A stretch of DNA of 64,000 bases from Cyanidioschyzon merolae (Eukaryota): assembly GCA_000091205.1 (NCBI GenBank), contig AP006495.2; one strand, written 5' to 3'. The translations under genes were made by a program, and so were the position numbers. Under the pieces are notes generated by a model, which saw only the letters and a program-made list of their open reading frames with translations, had not been told where the DNA came from and searched no databases. Positions 21,563 to 33,163 of the stretch are shown piece after piece (position 1 is the first letter of the stretch; every line of letters begins with the position of its first letter).

Positions 21563-23415
21563 TCGCCGCGCTCTCCTGGACACCATCCAGCAGAGCGCTT
21601 CGCCGAGCGGCCTCGCGGTACGTACGGGAATCGACCTGTTGTCCAGCGTCATTGAGGGCGTCGCGTTTTTGTCTACCGTTTTGCTGGCGCGTCTGTACGC
21701 GGGTGTCGATGCTGAACCTATCCCTAATTTTGACGAGGGCAGCGTACACCGCAGCGGCTTTTGATAGGAGAGGTGGTGATAGCGAAATCGGGACGCATGG
21801 GTAACACGCTCTCTCATGTGTGACGCATGCTCATTCCGGAGCGAGACTGGTGGATGAAAGGCAGTTCCAATGCATAGACGTGTCGCACATTCTCTCTTGC
21901 CTGTCGTGTGTGAGCGTTGTGGACCGGAGAGCGCGCGGCGACGGGTGCCTCACATGAACATACATACACTGGAGCGCATCGACGCATACATGCAGGTACA
22001 CAAGCAAGCATCCTAGATGGAGTTGGCATTTGTTGACAGTATCCGGCTCCGAACTAACGAATGCTAGACTGGTTGTATGGTCGCGCGGGGTGCACCAATC
22101 CGAAAGCACCATTGTGAGGTTGTGTGGCGCTGCAAGAGCCTTCGCGTAATGCGCGCAGCAGACCGGCACTCGCAACATGGTGAACATCTGCCCCGTGCCT
22201 AGAGGTGCATCTTGCAGCGGCTCTTCGCGAAAAAAGAATGCGTGTATTCGGTTGTCTAGGTACAAGGGATCCATACGGTCTTGAACCCTTTGCTTTAGGA
22301 TCTCTTGCTACGCATACGCTCGATCACTTGAAGCAATCGACATCGGGGTGTTTCACATGGAGCTCATGAAATGGATCGAGGTTACGCAGTATGCCATCAA
22401 AGAGACTCAATCGGTTCGGTCAGCTGAAATTTTTCAGCCGCTCGCGAGCATTGACGAGTCTGATGCAGAACATAGATACGAGGCGCACGCTTCGCCATGG
22501 AAAGAAAACAACTCTGCTCGCAGACTGTTTGATCTCTGTACATTAGAAGTAAACTGGAGCTTCCCTGTGCACCTGGGGAGATCGGCTCCGTGCGTCGTCT
22601 GCACAGTAATCGACAAATATCCAGAGCATTGGATAACATGTTATCGACTCTCGAACGACACAATCTAGAGACTCGCTTTCGTATAGATATGTAGATACGC
22701 ACTATGGCAGTGAAACGATCAAGTCCCGCGATAACAGCGTAAATGAATACCCGCCTGCAGACGCCTCCCAGCCTTTTTTGACCAGCGGCTTCTTATCGGT
22801 TCGCGTTTCTCCTTGGACATTTCGATCCTGGGAGTTTGCCCAAGAAAATAGATCGCGTCAGCTCTTCGGATCTCATCTGCAACATCATACATCATCTCAT
22901 ATAGCTGGCGATGTTGAAGTCTGTATTCACGAGATCCGCGCGTTTATTGCCTCTGGTTGAACGCACCATTGCAAGGATTCCTCTAATTCTTGCGCTCTGT
23001 GCTACGCCAGTATCATCATTGTCCCACTGAGCAAACGCCTTCTCTCGCGTATCGCCCTTCATATCGCTCGCCTCCTTCCTCTTCGTCACTCGCTCTTCTT
23101 CGCTCGCTGGTCGGCGAGAACTGGATTTTGCATTGTTTGTTTCTGTCAGGGAGCGACGTCTGCCTCCAAGATCCCTGTCTTTCATCTTCATACCTCCCCC
23201 TTGGATTTTCTATTTCTTCACAAGAACGCACTCGGAACACATTTGCTATGCACTGCGATAAAGCATTTGGTTACACGCATCTGCCTATGGAACACAATTC
23301 AGGTGAAACACTTGAACACACCCAGGTGCACTGCCGGCACGCAACTACGCTGAAAGCGCACGTGGAGCTGCAGTCGACTTTCACTGGACCGAAGCTCCCT
23401 GGCGAGCCAACAAGC

Positions 23416-24828
23416 ATGCAGGGAACTTGTTCAGTAGCTACAGAACGTTACGGCTTCGTCGCACCGAACCAGTTGCTTCAGCAGAACAAGCGCTGGCGAA
23501 CGCAGGCTCTTCGGCGAGCAGGCGTCTGGGACGTTCCCGAGGCCGTTGTTTCACTGAGAACGTTTCGGGTTGCTCGGAACGCGGGCAGTGGGCGCGTGCC
23601 CCGGGCCGGCTTCATACGTCGAGTGCTGGCACTCTCTGTGCGACACGCTCGGGAAGGGCAAACGCTTGACCCCAGCGCTGCGCCACGGTCCTCTCTAGAG
23701 TCGGGGACCTGGTTCAAGCTTATTTGCGGAGCTTCGTTCAACGAGGTGACAGAGATTGCTCCGCTCACGAGAGACTATGCGCTAGCAGGTGCTGATTGCG
23801 TAGACTGCGCGGCCGAGCCAGCCGTTGTTCAAGCAGTCCTGGACGGACTAGACGAGGCGGAGCGTCGGTGGCGGTGGACCCTCACCAGTGACTCGTCTTG
23901 CGCCCGTCCGGATCGATTGACGAAGAGCTTCGCACGTCCATGGATCATGGTGTCAATTACCGACGATGAGATGGAACCGCACTTTCGAAAAGCGCGTGTG
24001 CACGTCGACGCGCACGCACCTTGCTGGCAATGCCCTGCTCCGTGTGCTCAACTTTGTCCAGCGGACGCCCTCACGTTGCCAGCGACGGCGAAAAACGTGA
24101 ACCAATTCCAAATATTCGGCATTTCGAGCACCCGATGTTATGGTTGTGGGCGCTGCATCCCCGCCTGTCCGTATCATTTGATTGAGACGCACTCGAGCAA
24201 GCAGACCCCACAGCAAGTGATGGCACTCGTGCGCAATTATCCCATCGATGCAGTCGAGGTTCACACGCGTGATCCGCTTAGCGAGTCGTTTGCTGCCCTC
24301 TGGTACAGCGAAATCGGGCGCACCCTGCGAGCGACGATGAAACTCATCGCGATTAGCATGCCGGAGCCCAATGACTGGAGTGTTTTCGAGTACATTGCGC
24401 GGCTCGTGTACGGGGCGCACGTCGACGAGTCGGGAACTGTGCAGGAGGCACCAGCGACGCCACCGAGTACGCCCATTCTTCTGTGGCAGTGTGATGGTAA
24501 GCCTATGACCGGTGATCTGGGTGCACCTGCCACCACTCGGGCGACCGTGCGCTATGCCACCAGCTTAGCGGAATACTTTCGAAGGAATCCGCACTTGCTT
24601 GCCGCACGGGGATTCATTCAGTGTGCTGGCGGTACCAATGCCCATACGATTCCGCTCCTTGAGGGCGTGGACGGGGTCCACGGGGTAGCTTACGGTGGCT
24701 ACGCGCGTCGACTCGTTGCAACCGGCGGCTATGAGGCTGCGCAACGGTTGGTACAGCAGGTGAAAACGCGCTTGGTATCTCCGAAAGCTGCCAATCGAGA
24801 AGCTGTGCAACCCGAAACGAGTCTGTAA
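23416..24828 (+). CDS. LdpA-like 4Fe-4S dicluster protein (cyanobacterial circadian-input LdpA family architecture) with an N-terminal transit-peptide-like extension
   Basis: Ferredoxin-type cluster motifs: CWQCPAPCAQLCPADA and CYGCGRCIPACPY. N-terminal domain: WFKLICGASFNEV...YALAGADCVDCAAEPAVVQAV. Blocks RPWIMVSITDDEMEPHFRKA, IDAVEVHT, LLWQCDGKPMTGDLG and QCAGGTNAHT are recalled from memory as characteristic of LdpA and were not checked against a database. The track ORF starts at 22990 with TTG. Internal ATGs are at about 23248 and 23416. The 90 aa upstream of the domain are Arg/Ser/Ala-rich and presequence-like. Confidence 0.55.
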   Translation: MQGTCSVATERYGFVAPNQLLQQNKRWRTQALRRAGVWDVPEAVVSLRTFRVARNAGSGRVPRAGFIRRVLALSVRHAREGQTLDPSAAPRSSLESGTWFKLICGASFNEVTEIAPLTRDYALAGADCVDCAAEPAVVQAVLDGLDEAERRWRWTLTSDSSCARPDRLTKSFARPWIMVSITDDEMEPHFRKARVHVDAHAPCWQCPAPCAQLCPADALTLPATAKNVNQFQIFGISSTRCYGCGRCIPACPYHLIETHSSKQTPQQVMALVRNYPIDAVEVHTRDPLSESFAALWYSEIGRTLRATMKLIAISMPEPNDWSVFEYIARLVYGAHVDESGTVQEAPATPPSTPILLWQCDGKPMTGDLGAPATTRATVRYATSLAEYFRRNPHLLAARGFIQCAGGTNAHTIPLLEGVDGVHGVAYGGYARRLVATGGYEAAQRLVQQVKTRLVSPKAANREAVQPETSL

Positions 24829-27800
24829 AGGAATCTGCTTACTGAATGCAGGCGAGAACAGGAGCCGCCTTTCTCTCTGCATCCAGCATAGACGATGTTT
24901 GGGGTACATTTCGGGTAGCGGATCGTGCTTGGAACCAAATTGAATCGAAGAGTTCACCAGGAGCGGTGTGCGTTTTTTGCGGTGCAGTATCGAACTCCAC
25001 AACCTGGTATACACTTGTCAAGCGCGATGCGAAGCCGGTCTTGGCGAAGCGTATTGTTCGAGCCTCCCGAGACTTGCTCGCATTCATGGGAATATGTGGC
25101 GGCGCTTGTCGCTCGATACTATCGACGTGTAGCGAAGGACTCGTGTCGGGAATGCTCGCTCGTCGTGTACGATCAGACGACGGTACGCTTTGCGGCAGCC
25201 GACACGCTCTGAAGCTCGATCGCCTCCCGGGTTTGTCGGAGGACCTCGCATGGATGCTCTAGTGCCTGGTTTCTGCTCTTCTCCTCAAAGCAGTGAATTC
25301 TGGAACAGCAGTGCCAATGCACCCGTTTTAGTTTGTTTGTTTTCTCCCAGGTATTCAACAACAGGCATGCCTCCTGCAGAACAGAAATAGGTTCCGGGAA
25401 AAAGTTGTCCTGTCACCGCTCGGTGGAGAGAAAAATGACCGTACTTGTGCTAGTCAGGGATTCACTGGTCACCCGCTTGATGAACCAGCCTTCTCCCTGT
25501 ATGTATCCAGTGCGCATCGCACACCCAAAATAGAGCTTATCCAAGTGTATACCCAGCTGTATCTTCGTCAATTTGATCCCTTCCTTCCGTTCTCGAACAA
25601 GTGCTTTCAATGAAGCTAGGGGATGCGGAGCTTCTGTACCGTTTATGTGGACGGCAATGAAGACACCGGGTGGACGATGAAGAAAGCGCGCTTCCATGGC
25701 AGAGTGTCAAGCATCGAACAACACACACCGTGGATTCGGCACGGCAACGCGAATGCTTTATGCAGTAATGACGGATGTCGGTTTCAGTCGATGAGACTAC
25801 ATTTTGGAGAAATGTTAGACCGGCACATCGGCACCAAAAGAAACGCACACCGGTGTTCATAAACATGTCGCGAGCGAGCATGGAGGCCCTGTCTGCCCTA
25901 ACGGCAATATGATCGTATGCTTGCCACCAAGTCACGAAAACGGATACGATCGTTCAGCATCGCGTGTTTTGTCGAGACACTGTGCACGGCTTCTCTATCC
26001 TACATTCTTGTGCACTGTTACTTGGCGACGTCGCTTTCCACCTCTCAAAAGCAGTCGAGGAGTACACAGCTGAGACTCTTGTTGAGCTCCTCTTCGTGCA
26101 TGCCTATTCTTCCTGATTCAATCCCTTGAAGGCGTCTTCTCCGTTGTCAAACGCCATTTTTTCGTCGCCAGATCAAAAGAAGCGCCGTTCGCGTCCGCAA
26201 GGCCATGTTTCTACATGTCGTTCTCAGCGGTCGCCAGGCCTGAATGGCTCTGTCGCGTCTCTGGGCGTTCGTGGGAAGGTGCGAAAAGGTGCATTTCGAT
26301 TCGTGGGCATGCTCGCGACGAATATGGCGGGAAGGTGCTTGAAGAATGGTAAATACATGCACAGAAAGGGTGAGCTTCAATGCCATTCTCCACCCAGTGC
26401 GTTTGAATCCAAACGAATACAAACGCCTATGGAGTCAAGCGACCACATCCATATCATACCGCCAAAAAGGTAGAAGCAGGTTGGTCAAACGGACAAAGAG
26501 AAGAAAGAATCTTCCGAAAAGAGGACGAAGAGCGATGCGAAGAGACACGTTTCGGACGGGAGAGATCAGGCAGAACCTGTTGACAAGACCTTCCTATTAA
26601 ACTACATCAACGGGAAGCATCTACGAATATGTGGAATGCAGGATGCTGCCAAAGATAGCGAAGCTTCTCACTCGAGAAAGACTCGTCTAGCGTCTCTCGC
26701 TTTGATGTACCTTGTCAAGCACCTGCACGTATGCGTTCCGAACGCGGGGCTGTAAGCTGTAAAAATTTCTCTGGAAATTTTATGAACAATTCTTCATGCG
26801 AAAACACAAGTGGGTTTCAGGCCTCAAGAAGCAGTTCGGTCTGAATATTCCATGACCCGGTATTATACGGGGCCGTGTACCACGGACGCCAGCATAAAAA
26901 ACCAACAAGTGGCACGAGGGCGTCTGGACCAGTGCTCGAAGCCACGAGCACCGTACTGAGCAGAGGGCTTGCGTCGTATGCTTCATCCAGCGAGCACACG
27001 AGCGTCCAAATGACTCATGCGAACTATCTTTGCCTGGAGTGCGTGAGACTGCGTTGGAGTCGCAAATCGTTTCGGTTGTACGCAGCCGAGAGGCGTGCAA
27101 TAACCAACTTCTAGAGTGCAATAAAAACGGCAGTGACCGGACACTCGTCTTGATTGGCGGTGCTGCATCCCGGCGCTCGACGTACCGTCATGTGCAGAGG
27201 GTGCAGCTCTACTCCCGCGACGAAAGCTTGCAACGAGTGCAGGAATCGATTCTGTACGGTTCCCATCGATGCATTCGGGACGACGTATACGCATCACAGG
27301 CACAGCTGCTCGCTGGAAAAGTAGGAGAATACGAGCGTGAAATAGAGTCGGATGCACTGGATGGTGTTCGGGATGCAGCCCGAACGTCAGATGGCGAGGC
27401 AGTCATAGCTGAAAAGCATTCCATGGTGTGATTGCACCAGCAGCAGAGCGCATAGGCGCGCCCTGTACCGCGATCTCAGAGCCTTGATCAACATTCGGAA
27501 ATGTCTCATGCTGTCTGAGCGTCGAGCGGCTTGGTGTCGAGCGAACTTTCGAGCGGATGACTGAGTCCTCGGCGTTGACCTTCAGTTGAAACGCTGAAGA
27601 CATTTGACGAAAAAACAGAGAGCTATCTGTTACGACTAACTTCTCGCCTGGGCCAAGACACTGGTAGAGAGCGGTTCAGGAATTCAACAAGACTGAAGCG
27701 CCGGTTATAAACACCAAGAATGATTTTCCCGGTCAAATCTTCACTGATAATCGTATTCCATGGTTCAATATTTCTGAGCATATGCTGCTGTCGTGGCGAC

Positions 27801-28369
27801 GCGGATGCGGAATTCAGAACGATTGCTCGAAATATGACCAGCTGCAGCGGCGATGCAAGTTTATGACCGAGCCAGCCCTGCAACCGCTCTGCTCAGTACC
27901 CTGCTATTGTACAAGCCGTGGTGCAATGGCGCCGAGTTATAAGTGCAACGAGAACGAAACGACTTGGCTCTTGCGCGTTGCGCCCTCAGGCCGAGTAACG
28001 GAGTCCTTTTTTGTGCCAGAAATAATGACGCCTACGAATTTCGCGAAAACAGACCGACTGCTGTAGTTTCAGAGGACGGTCACCAGGGGTTTCGATACGC
28101 CAGAAACCGCTCGGTTGGAAGCGCGCTCCAAACGGAATTGGATGTAAAGGATCAGTGTCTGGGGCCAGCAAACCTCTCACACTGCGTACGCTGCAGGCTT
28201 CTCCAAGTCGCTACACTTTCTGCGGTTATCGGTTGGATCAGTCCGAAAGTAACCCCGAATATCTCTGTTCTCTGAAATCATTATCGCCACTGCCAGTCCT
28301 TCTTCCTAGATACAAATCCTAGGCGAAGCGTGCGCACTCCTATTCATACATTCGACACGGAAAGCGAGG

Positions 28370-31075
28370 TCATGACGTGAAAACCTCACCAACAAAGGGC
28401 GCCGCAAATGCCATCCATCCGTGCAGATGCGCTGCCAGCAACGCTTCCCGCTGGGCAGCCGAGAGCACCATCGCAAACTCATCCAGATATCGTTCGAAAT
28501 CGGCAGCATCTCCCGCCTTAAATGTCGACTCGAGGTAACGTTGAAACAAGTGCTCCTTCTGATCGCTTCGGAGACGGAAATGGTGCAGGAAGAGCTTGAC
28601 CACACTACGGGCCGTCGCCTGCGCATGCGATGACGCCCTGGATGCTGCGGCCCAAGTCAGACTCAGAGCAGCACTGGGACGCCCCCACAAGTCCTCCGCT
28701 GTAAAATCGTGCAACATCGTCGTATGATTCGGTTTCCGCAGCACCATACGAAGACGACGGATTGGACGTGGCCGGTACCAAGAGCTGGGGCATTCCGCTT
28801 GTAGGCGCTCAACGCTTACGACGTCTCCATGGACGCCTCCGATTTCAATTCGTAGCGCTAGATGTGGAACCTCAAGGGTGTTCTGTCGACCGGTTACTAT
28901 GGTTACTTTCAAAATCGCTTCGTTATTTGTTCGAATCAAGCGCAGTACGATTGCACCCTCACCTAGAAAGACATTCAGGCTAGACAACTCGCCAAAGCGG
29001 CGAAAACAAGTATCCGTCGGCAATGCTGTATTCCATACTGCGGAATCGTCGAGCGCTATGCCATCCAGGTCCGTGCAGGGATGCATCGTCGCAATGCCCT
29101 CATCCCAAGCAATCCATTGCCGATGTGGAGGTAGACACACGCTAACGGAGCTGAGTTGCGTGGATGCTTCGCGAGGGCTCAAGAAAGGAGCCACAATGAC
29201 CGTGTTGCCCCCGAGGTAATACTGGTTGGTCCAGCTGTCAAAAGCAGGTGGTGTCCAGCTCCGGCGCTCTGGTGCTTCGCTCCAGGAGAAATGATACATG
29301 GGTGCACAAATTGGGATATGCGCTGGAATCGATGCGAAAAACAGAGCAAGCGAAGCGCGCAGACTCAGAATCTTTCGAGCAATAGCCTCGATTTCGAAAG
29401 AGCCGAATGCCCAGGGCGTTCGACTCATGAATGGATTCTTGCTGCAATGCAGGCGCAAGATCGGCGAAAAACAGCCCCACTGAAGCCAGCGCACGTAAAG
29501 CTCGGGATCCTCGTAGCCTCCGTAGTGGCCACCAATGTCGTGCGACCAGTAGTAGAACCCCACGTTTGCCGCCATAGCGGTGAACGCCGGTTGCATCGCT
29601 AGAGAATCCCATGTTGCCAGGGTATCCCCTGAGAATCCCACGGGATAGCGATGTCCACCAAGACCTGGCCATCGCGACAGGATTACCGGCAGGAGACGTC
29701 CGTTGCGGGAGCCGTTCGCGGCCCAGAGGTAGTGGTAGTGGTTCAGCAGGGGCATCGGATCGAACCCGTCCCTCTTGGAGACGCCTTGTTGCCAATCAAC
29801 CCACCAGAAATCGACACCGTGTTTGATCATTCGCATTTCATTCGCAGCAATCTGATTCTCCAACGCGTTCAGGACGACGCTAAAGTATGCCTGACGAAAA
29901 CGGCAATCCATGATGTGGAATGGAATGTGTTCGGTTTCATTGTGCTCGGGGTATGCGAGTGCTCGAGCCTGCAGGAACATATCCTCATTTGGAGCAATCC
30001 CGTCTGCGGGGTGCAAGTTCAGCGCTACCCGCACCGGACACGGTCTGCTGTGCAACCATGCCATCAGGGCCTCTGGATCCGGAAACAAAGCTCGATTCCA
30101 GCTAAATCCGGTCCATTGATCTGGCTGATGCCAGTCCATATCGATAACGAAGATGGACAAGTCTACTGCCGGTAGGCGACATGGCTGCGAGGCGTTCGCC
30201 TGGCCTCGGTGCGGCGCGCTTTCGGGTTCCGATCTGTTTTCAAAGCGAAGGACAAGGTCCATAATATCCTGCTGACGATAGGGCCAGTAGCGACAAAACC
30301 ACACACCGAAAACCTCTAAGGGTGGCTTTGGGGGTGCCCCTATATATGGAAAGAGGTACTTGCGGAGAATTTCCGGGAAGCTCTGTTCGGGCCCTTTTGG
30401 ACTGTGCTCAAACAGTACTAGGTCCAGGTGATCGTGTGATCCACCGAAAAAAGCCGCTCGTGTGACAAACCCCTGCTCGTCGAGGGGATCGCTCCAGTTT
30501 TTGCCCGTGAATACCAACGAGTTACTATCATTGATGATCGCAAGTCCGTCGGCACTAAAAAATCCCTCTCCGATACCGTTTTGACGAATATCGACGAGCT
30601 TTCGGATGTGGTACCAACCATCGCATTCATCGAGCGTTTGAATCGTTCCGCCCTGATTCTGTGGGTCCCGTACTGTACGGTATTTCATCCGAGGTGGATC
30701 ATTTTTCGACGCTGCTGCGGTTTCGGCTGCATCCGCAACGCCCGAGTCGACGTATTCTAGGACTGTTTTGCGGCACTGCTGCGTCATCGCCAGCAGGTTA
30801 CCGCTCCTTGTGTCCAGGCAAAGTCGAAGTTGATGGCTCTCCGCCAGTACAATGAGATCGTCCTTTGCATGCCGCTCTGAACCGAGAGCGCTTTCCGTAA
30901 TGTCTGGTGCGGTTCCCAGGGCGCCGCTCCGCCCTATCGTGTAGATGCGGGGCTCAGACCTGGTAGCACGAGAGATGAAGGCAAACGATGGGCTATCGAG
31001 GAACCGGCCCCGTTCGTTGTACTCTACGCGCAAGAGTCGCTCGTTGAGCACCGTTATCCGACAGTTTCCCTCCAT
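28370..31075 (-). CDS. Glycoside hydrolase family 31 protein, about 900 aa, divergent subfamily
   Basis: GH31 signature region GGHRYPVGFSGDTLATWDSLAMQPAFTAMAANVGFYYWSHDIGGH corresponds to GAA G.GRY.GHWTGD..S.W..L......L.F...G.P.VGADVCGF. The nucleophile region reads FWWVDWQQG instead of the canonical WIDMNE. A single uninterrupted ORF. The first ATG (MEGNC...) is 20 codons inside the track ORF. No signal peptide. Confidence 0.75.
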   Translation of the reverse strand: MEGNCRITVLNERLLRVEYNERGRFLDSPSFAFISRATRSEPRIYTIGRSGALGTAPDITESALGSERHAKDDLIVLAESHQLRLCLDTRSGNLLAMTQQCRKTVLEYVDSGVADAAETAAASKNDPPRMKYRTVRDPQNQGGTIQTLDECDGWYHIRKLVDIRQNGIGEGFFSADGLAIINDSNSLVFTGKNWSDPLDEQGFVTRAAFFGGSHDHLDLVLFEHSPKGPEQSFPEILRKYLFPYIGAPPKPPLEVFGVWFCRYWPYRQQDIMDLVLRFENRSEPESAPHRGQANASQPCRLPAVDLSIFVIDMDWHQPDQWTGFSWNRALFPDPEALMAWLHSRPCPVRVALNLHPADGIAPNEDMFLQARALAYPEHNETEHIPFHIMDCRFRQAYFSVVLNALENQIAANEMRMIKHGVDFWWVDWQQGVSKRDGFDPMPLLNHYHYLWAANGSRNGRLLPVILSRWPGLGGHRYPVGFSGDTLATWDSLAMQPAFTAMAANVGFYYWSHDIGGHYGGYEDPELYVRWLQWGCFSPILRLHCSKNPFMSRTPWAFGSFEIEAIARKILSLRASLALFFASIPAHIPICAPMYHFSWSEAPERRSWTPPAFDSWTNQYYLGGNTVIVAPFLSPREASTQLSSVSVCLPPHRQWIAWDEGIATMHPCTDLDGIALDDSAVWNTALPTDTCFRRFGELSSLNVFLGEGAIVLRLIRTNNEAILKVTIVTGRQNTLEVPHLALRIEIGGVHGDVVSVERLQAECPSSWYRPRPIRRLRMVLRKPNHTTMLHDFTAEDLWGRPSAALSLTWAAASRASSHAQATARSVVKLFLHHFRLRSDQKEHLFQRYLESTFKAGDAADFERYLDEFAMVLSAAQREALLAAHLHGWMAFAAPFVGEVFTS

Positions 31076-31649
31076 ATTCCCGATTGATCGATCATCAACA
31101 CAAGTGTTGCTGTTCGTTGTGTCTCTTTGCAGCAAGCGGGTGCGCAGGGCGCCTCTGGGAAAAACGCTCTAGCTAGATCCAGTACGCCGCTGCTTTCGCT
31201 CACCTACACGAACACCGTATTCTGTCTCAAGTAAAAGGCCCCGTCTCGCCTTCAGGCTGCCCAGACTGTAAGTACTAGCTGCAGCGGTGCAACAAAAGCA
31301 CTGTGCCGCTTGGAGTCCGGCAGACTGTCTCGACCAGCCGGCTCCAGAAGCACCGCAGTACCAGCGACAGCGCTTGCGAAGCGAACGAACGCGAGCGAAA
31401 CTGAGAACCTCCCCTGCGAATGCCCAGGGGTTACGCACTTATTCTAAACACCGAACCAACTTGTCTCTCCGGCGTCAAATCTGTTCGTAGCACAATGCTC
31501 AACATAAAAGCTTCGCCTTTTGCGGTAGACCTATGGATGCATACAGTGGAACGTGTTCCTTGATCGAAGCGGGGGTATGCAAGCCAAAATTTGTGACTGC
31601 TCCCTTGGGTTTTCTATGTTCTCCTACTGTCAACGTGTCGATCTCTCGT

Positions 31650-32090
31650 TTCCCTCTTGCTCCGTATTCAACAGCCTAATGATGTTGATAGCAGTGTTAG
31701 AGATCTGATTGCGCTGTCTCGGGCTATTACCGACGCAGTTCCTGTAGAAAGAGAAGTTGCGATAAACGCTTCGGTAGCCATTTGCCATCTTCTTTGAAGA
31801 CAGCCTTGATGCGCCCATCGCAGCGGTGACACTAGGCTGTAGTCATATGTTGCCGTCTGTTCAACATGGTCCATCCTACGAAGGCATCCCTGTGGCGAGT
31901 GAATGCTCGCTTCCTCGCTCGGTACATGCCCTCTACGTATACAGAAGGTTAACCTCAATGCCTTCTTCCGTTTCCAATCCCGGGGCCGTACACTGCGCCC
32001 TGGGGCTCCTCACGGACGAACGCTTCGGCGATTAGCTTGTCCCCTGTACGAGCAAGCGCATGGTGTTCCATTCGATACGGGATTTGTGAA
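31650..32090. repeat. Dispersed repeat family, copy A (about 440 bp)
   Basis: About 80% nucleotide identity over about 440 bp to 37010..37455 in the same orientation. An example shared stretch is atgatgtt.a.agcag.gttagagatc.ga.tgcgctg.ctcgggct...cgacgcagttc ... tacgagcaagcgcatg.tgttccattcgat. The overlapping ORFs on both strands look alike only because of this DNA identity. Confidence 0.8.
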
Positions 32091-33163
32091 ACGCGATGTT
32101 GCTCATAATTAACGAACTGCCGGGAGGAAAATCCAGCCTGGAGACCGACTCACGAAATTTTTCGTCCATCCACGCTCGCTTCGTTCAAAGCGATAACGCA
32201 ATCTCCACCGACGACGATCGCTTCGATACCTCGAGTCCAAGAGTGCTTGCCATAAAAAGAGAGCAGACCGCAGCCTTTCGGAGGATATCCGGTAAGACGA
32301 ATGATGCTGCACTGGAATCCCATTTTCGTGACGGCCACAAAGAACGGAGGATTCGACTTTCGAACGGAATCGATATTTCGACTTGACGACTTCAATGAAT
32401 GTTCGCTATAGACTTGTGAAGAACCCGTCAAGACGAAGTCGATTTTTTTTCGTCATCAATCCAGCAGTACGAGTTGCTGTGCAAACGCGATGAAGCAGAA
32501 ACATCCAAAAAATGAAGAATCTGTGATTTGAACATCCTTCACATACGTAAAACTAGAATAGTCGAGGTTACTGCAGCGTCATTGATACAATGATAACGGT
32601 TGTTTTACGAACCCTTGTTGGAAAGCGTCGCGACTCCTCTTGATGACAGTGACGTAATGAGTTGCAGCGAAAACGCGTTGAAATAGCCTTTCCGATAAGA
32701 CGACCGATCATGCCAAACCGACGTATGATTCCATAAAACCCCTGTTGCTGTACTTCGAATATCGAAGCTGTAAATCCGAAAAAATTTGGAGAAAATGGCG
32801 CAAGGCAGGGACATAGCAACGCATCCAGTGTTCCGCTTCAACCTGACAGACGCGTAGCGCGCGCAGTACTGCGCAGCGTCTGGTGCACAGCAAGCGCAGG
32901 CGAAACGCACTGCGAATCCTTCGCTCCTGCTTGGTGTATGTGTATCGTGCTTCGCTCGAAAGGCAGTTTGCCCAGAACCCGCTCTTTAGGGCAAAGTTTG
33001 GCAGACTGCCGTGTAGAAGCGTCCACAGCGTACGCAAGCGTGCAGCGTTGGGTTCCTTTTTGACTCAATAGAACAAGTGGTGGAGAGAAGGACTGGGCAC
33101 AGCGAACGTCGTTTCGAGCAAGCGTCTCCGCTCTGCACGAGCGCGGTTTGTCCTGGGCGGACC

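Noticed and set aside
21831-22668. ORFs 21831..22274 (-, 147 aa) and 22348..22668 (+, 106 aa) in the spacer between the PA2G4-like and LdpA-like genes
   Set aside because: The first 85 aa of the minus ORF look vaguely like a small alpha/beta regulatory fold of the roadblock/longin type. I could not produce a convincing alignment to any family, and the C-terminal half is Cys/His-rich junk. Left uncalled.
31630-31818. Apparent conserved about 50 aa peptide (KM[AT]NGYRSV..NCV.NSPRQR..ISN.A.NIIRLL) encoded on the minus strand of both copies of the 440 bp repeat
   Set aside because: Codon-by-codon comparison shows about 15 nonsynonymous versus about 6 synonymous differences and loss of one Cys of a CxxC. 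The plus strand of the same DNA gives an equally similar peptide pair. Similarity is therefore explained by about 80% DNA identity, not by selection on a protein.
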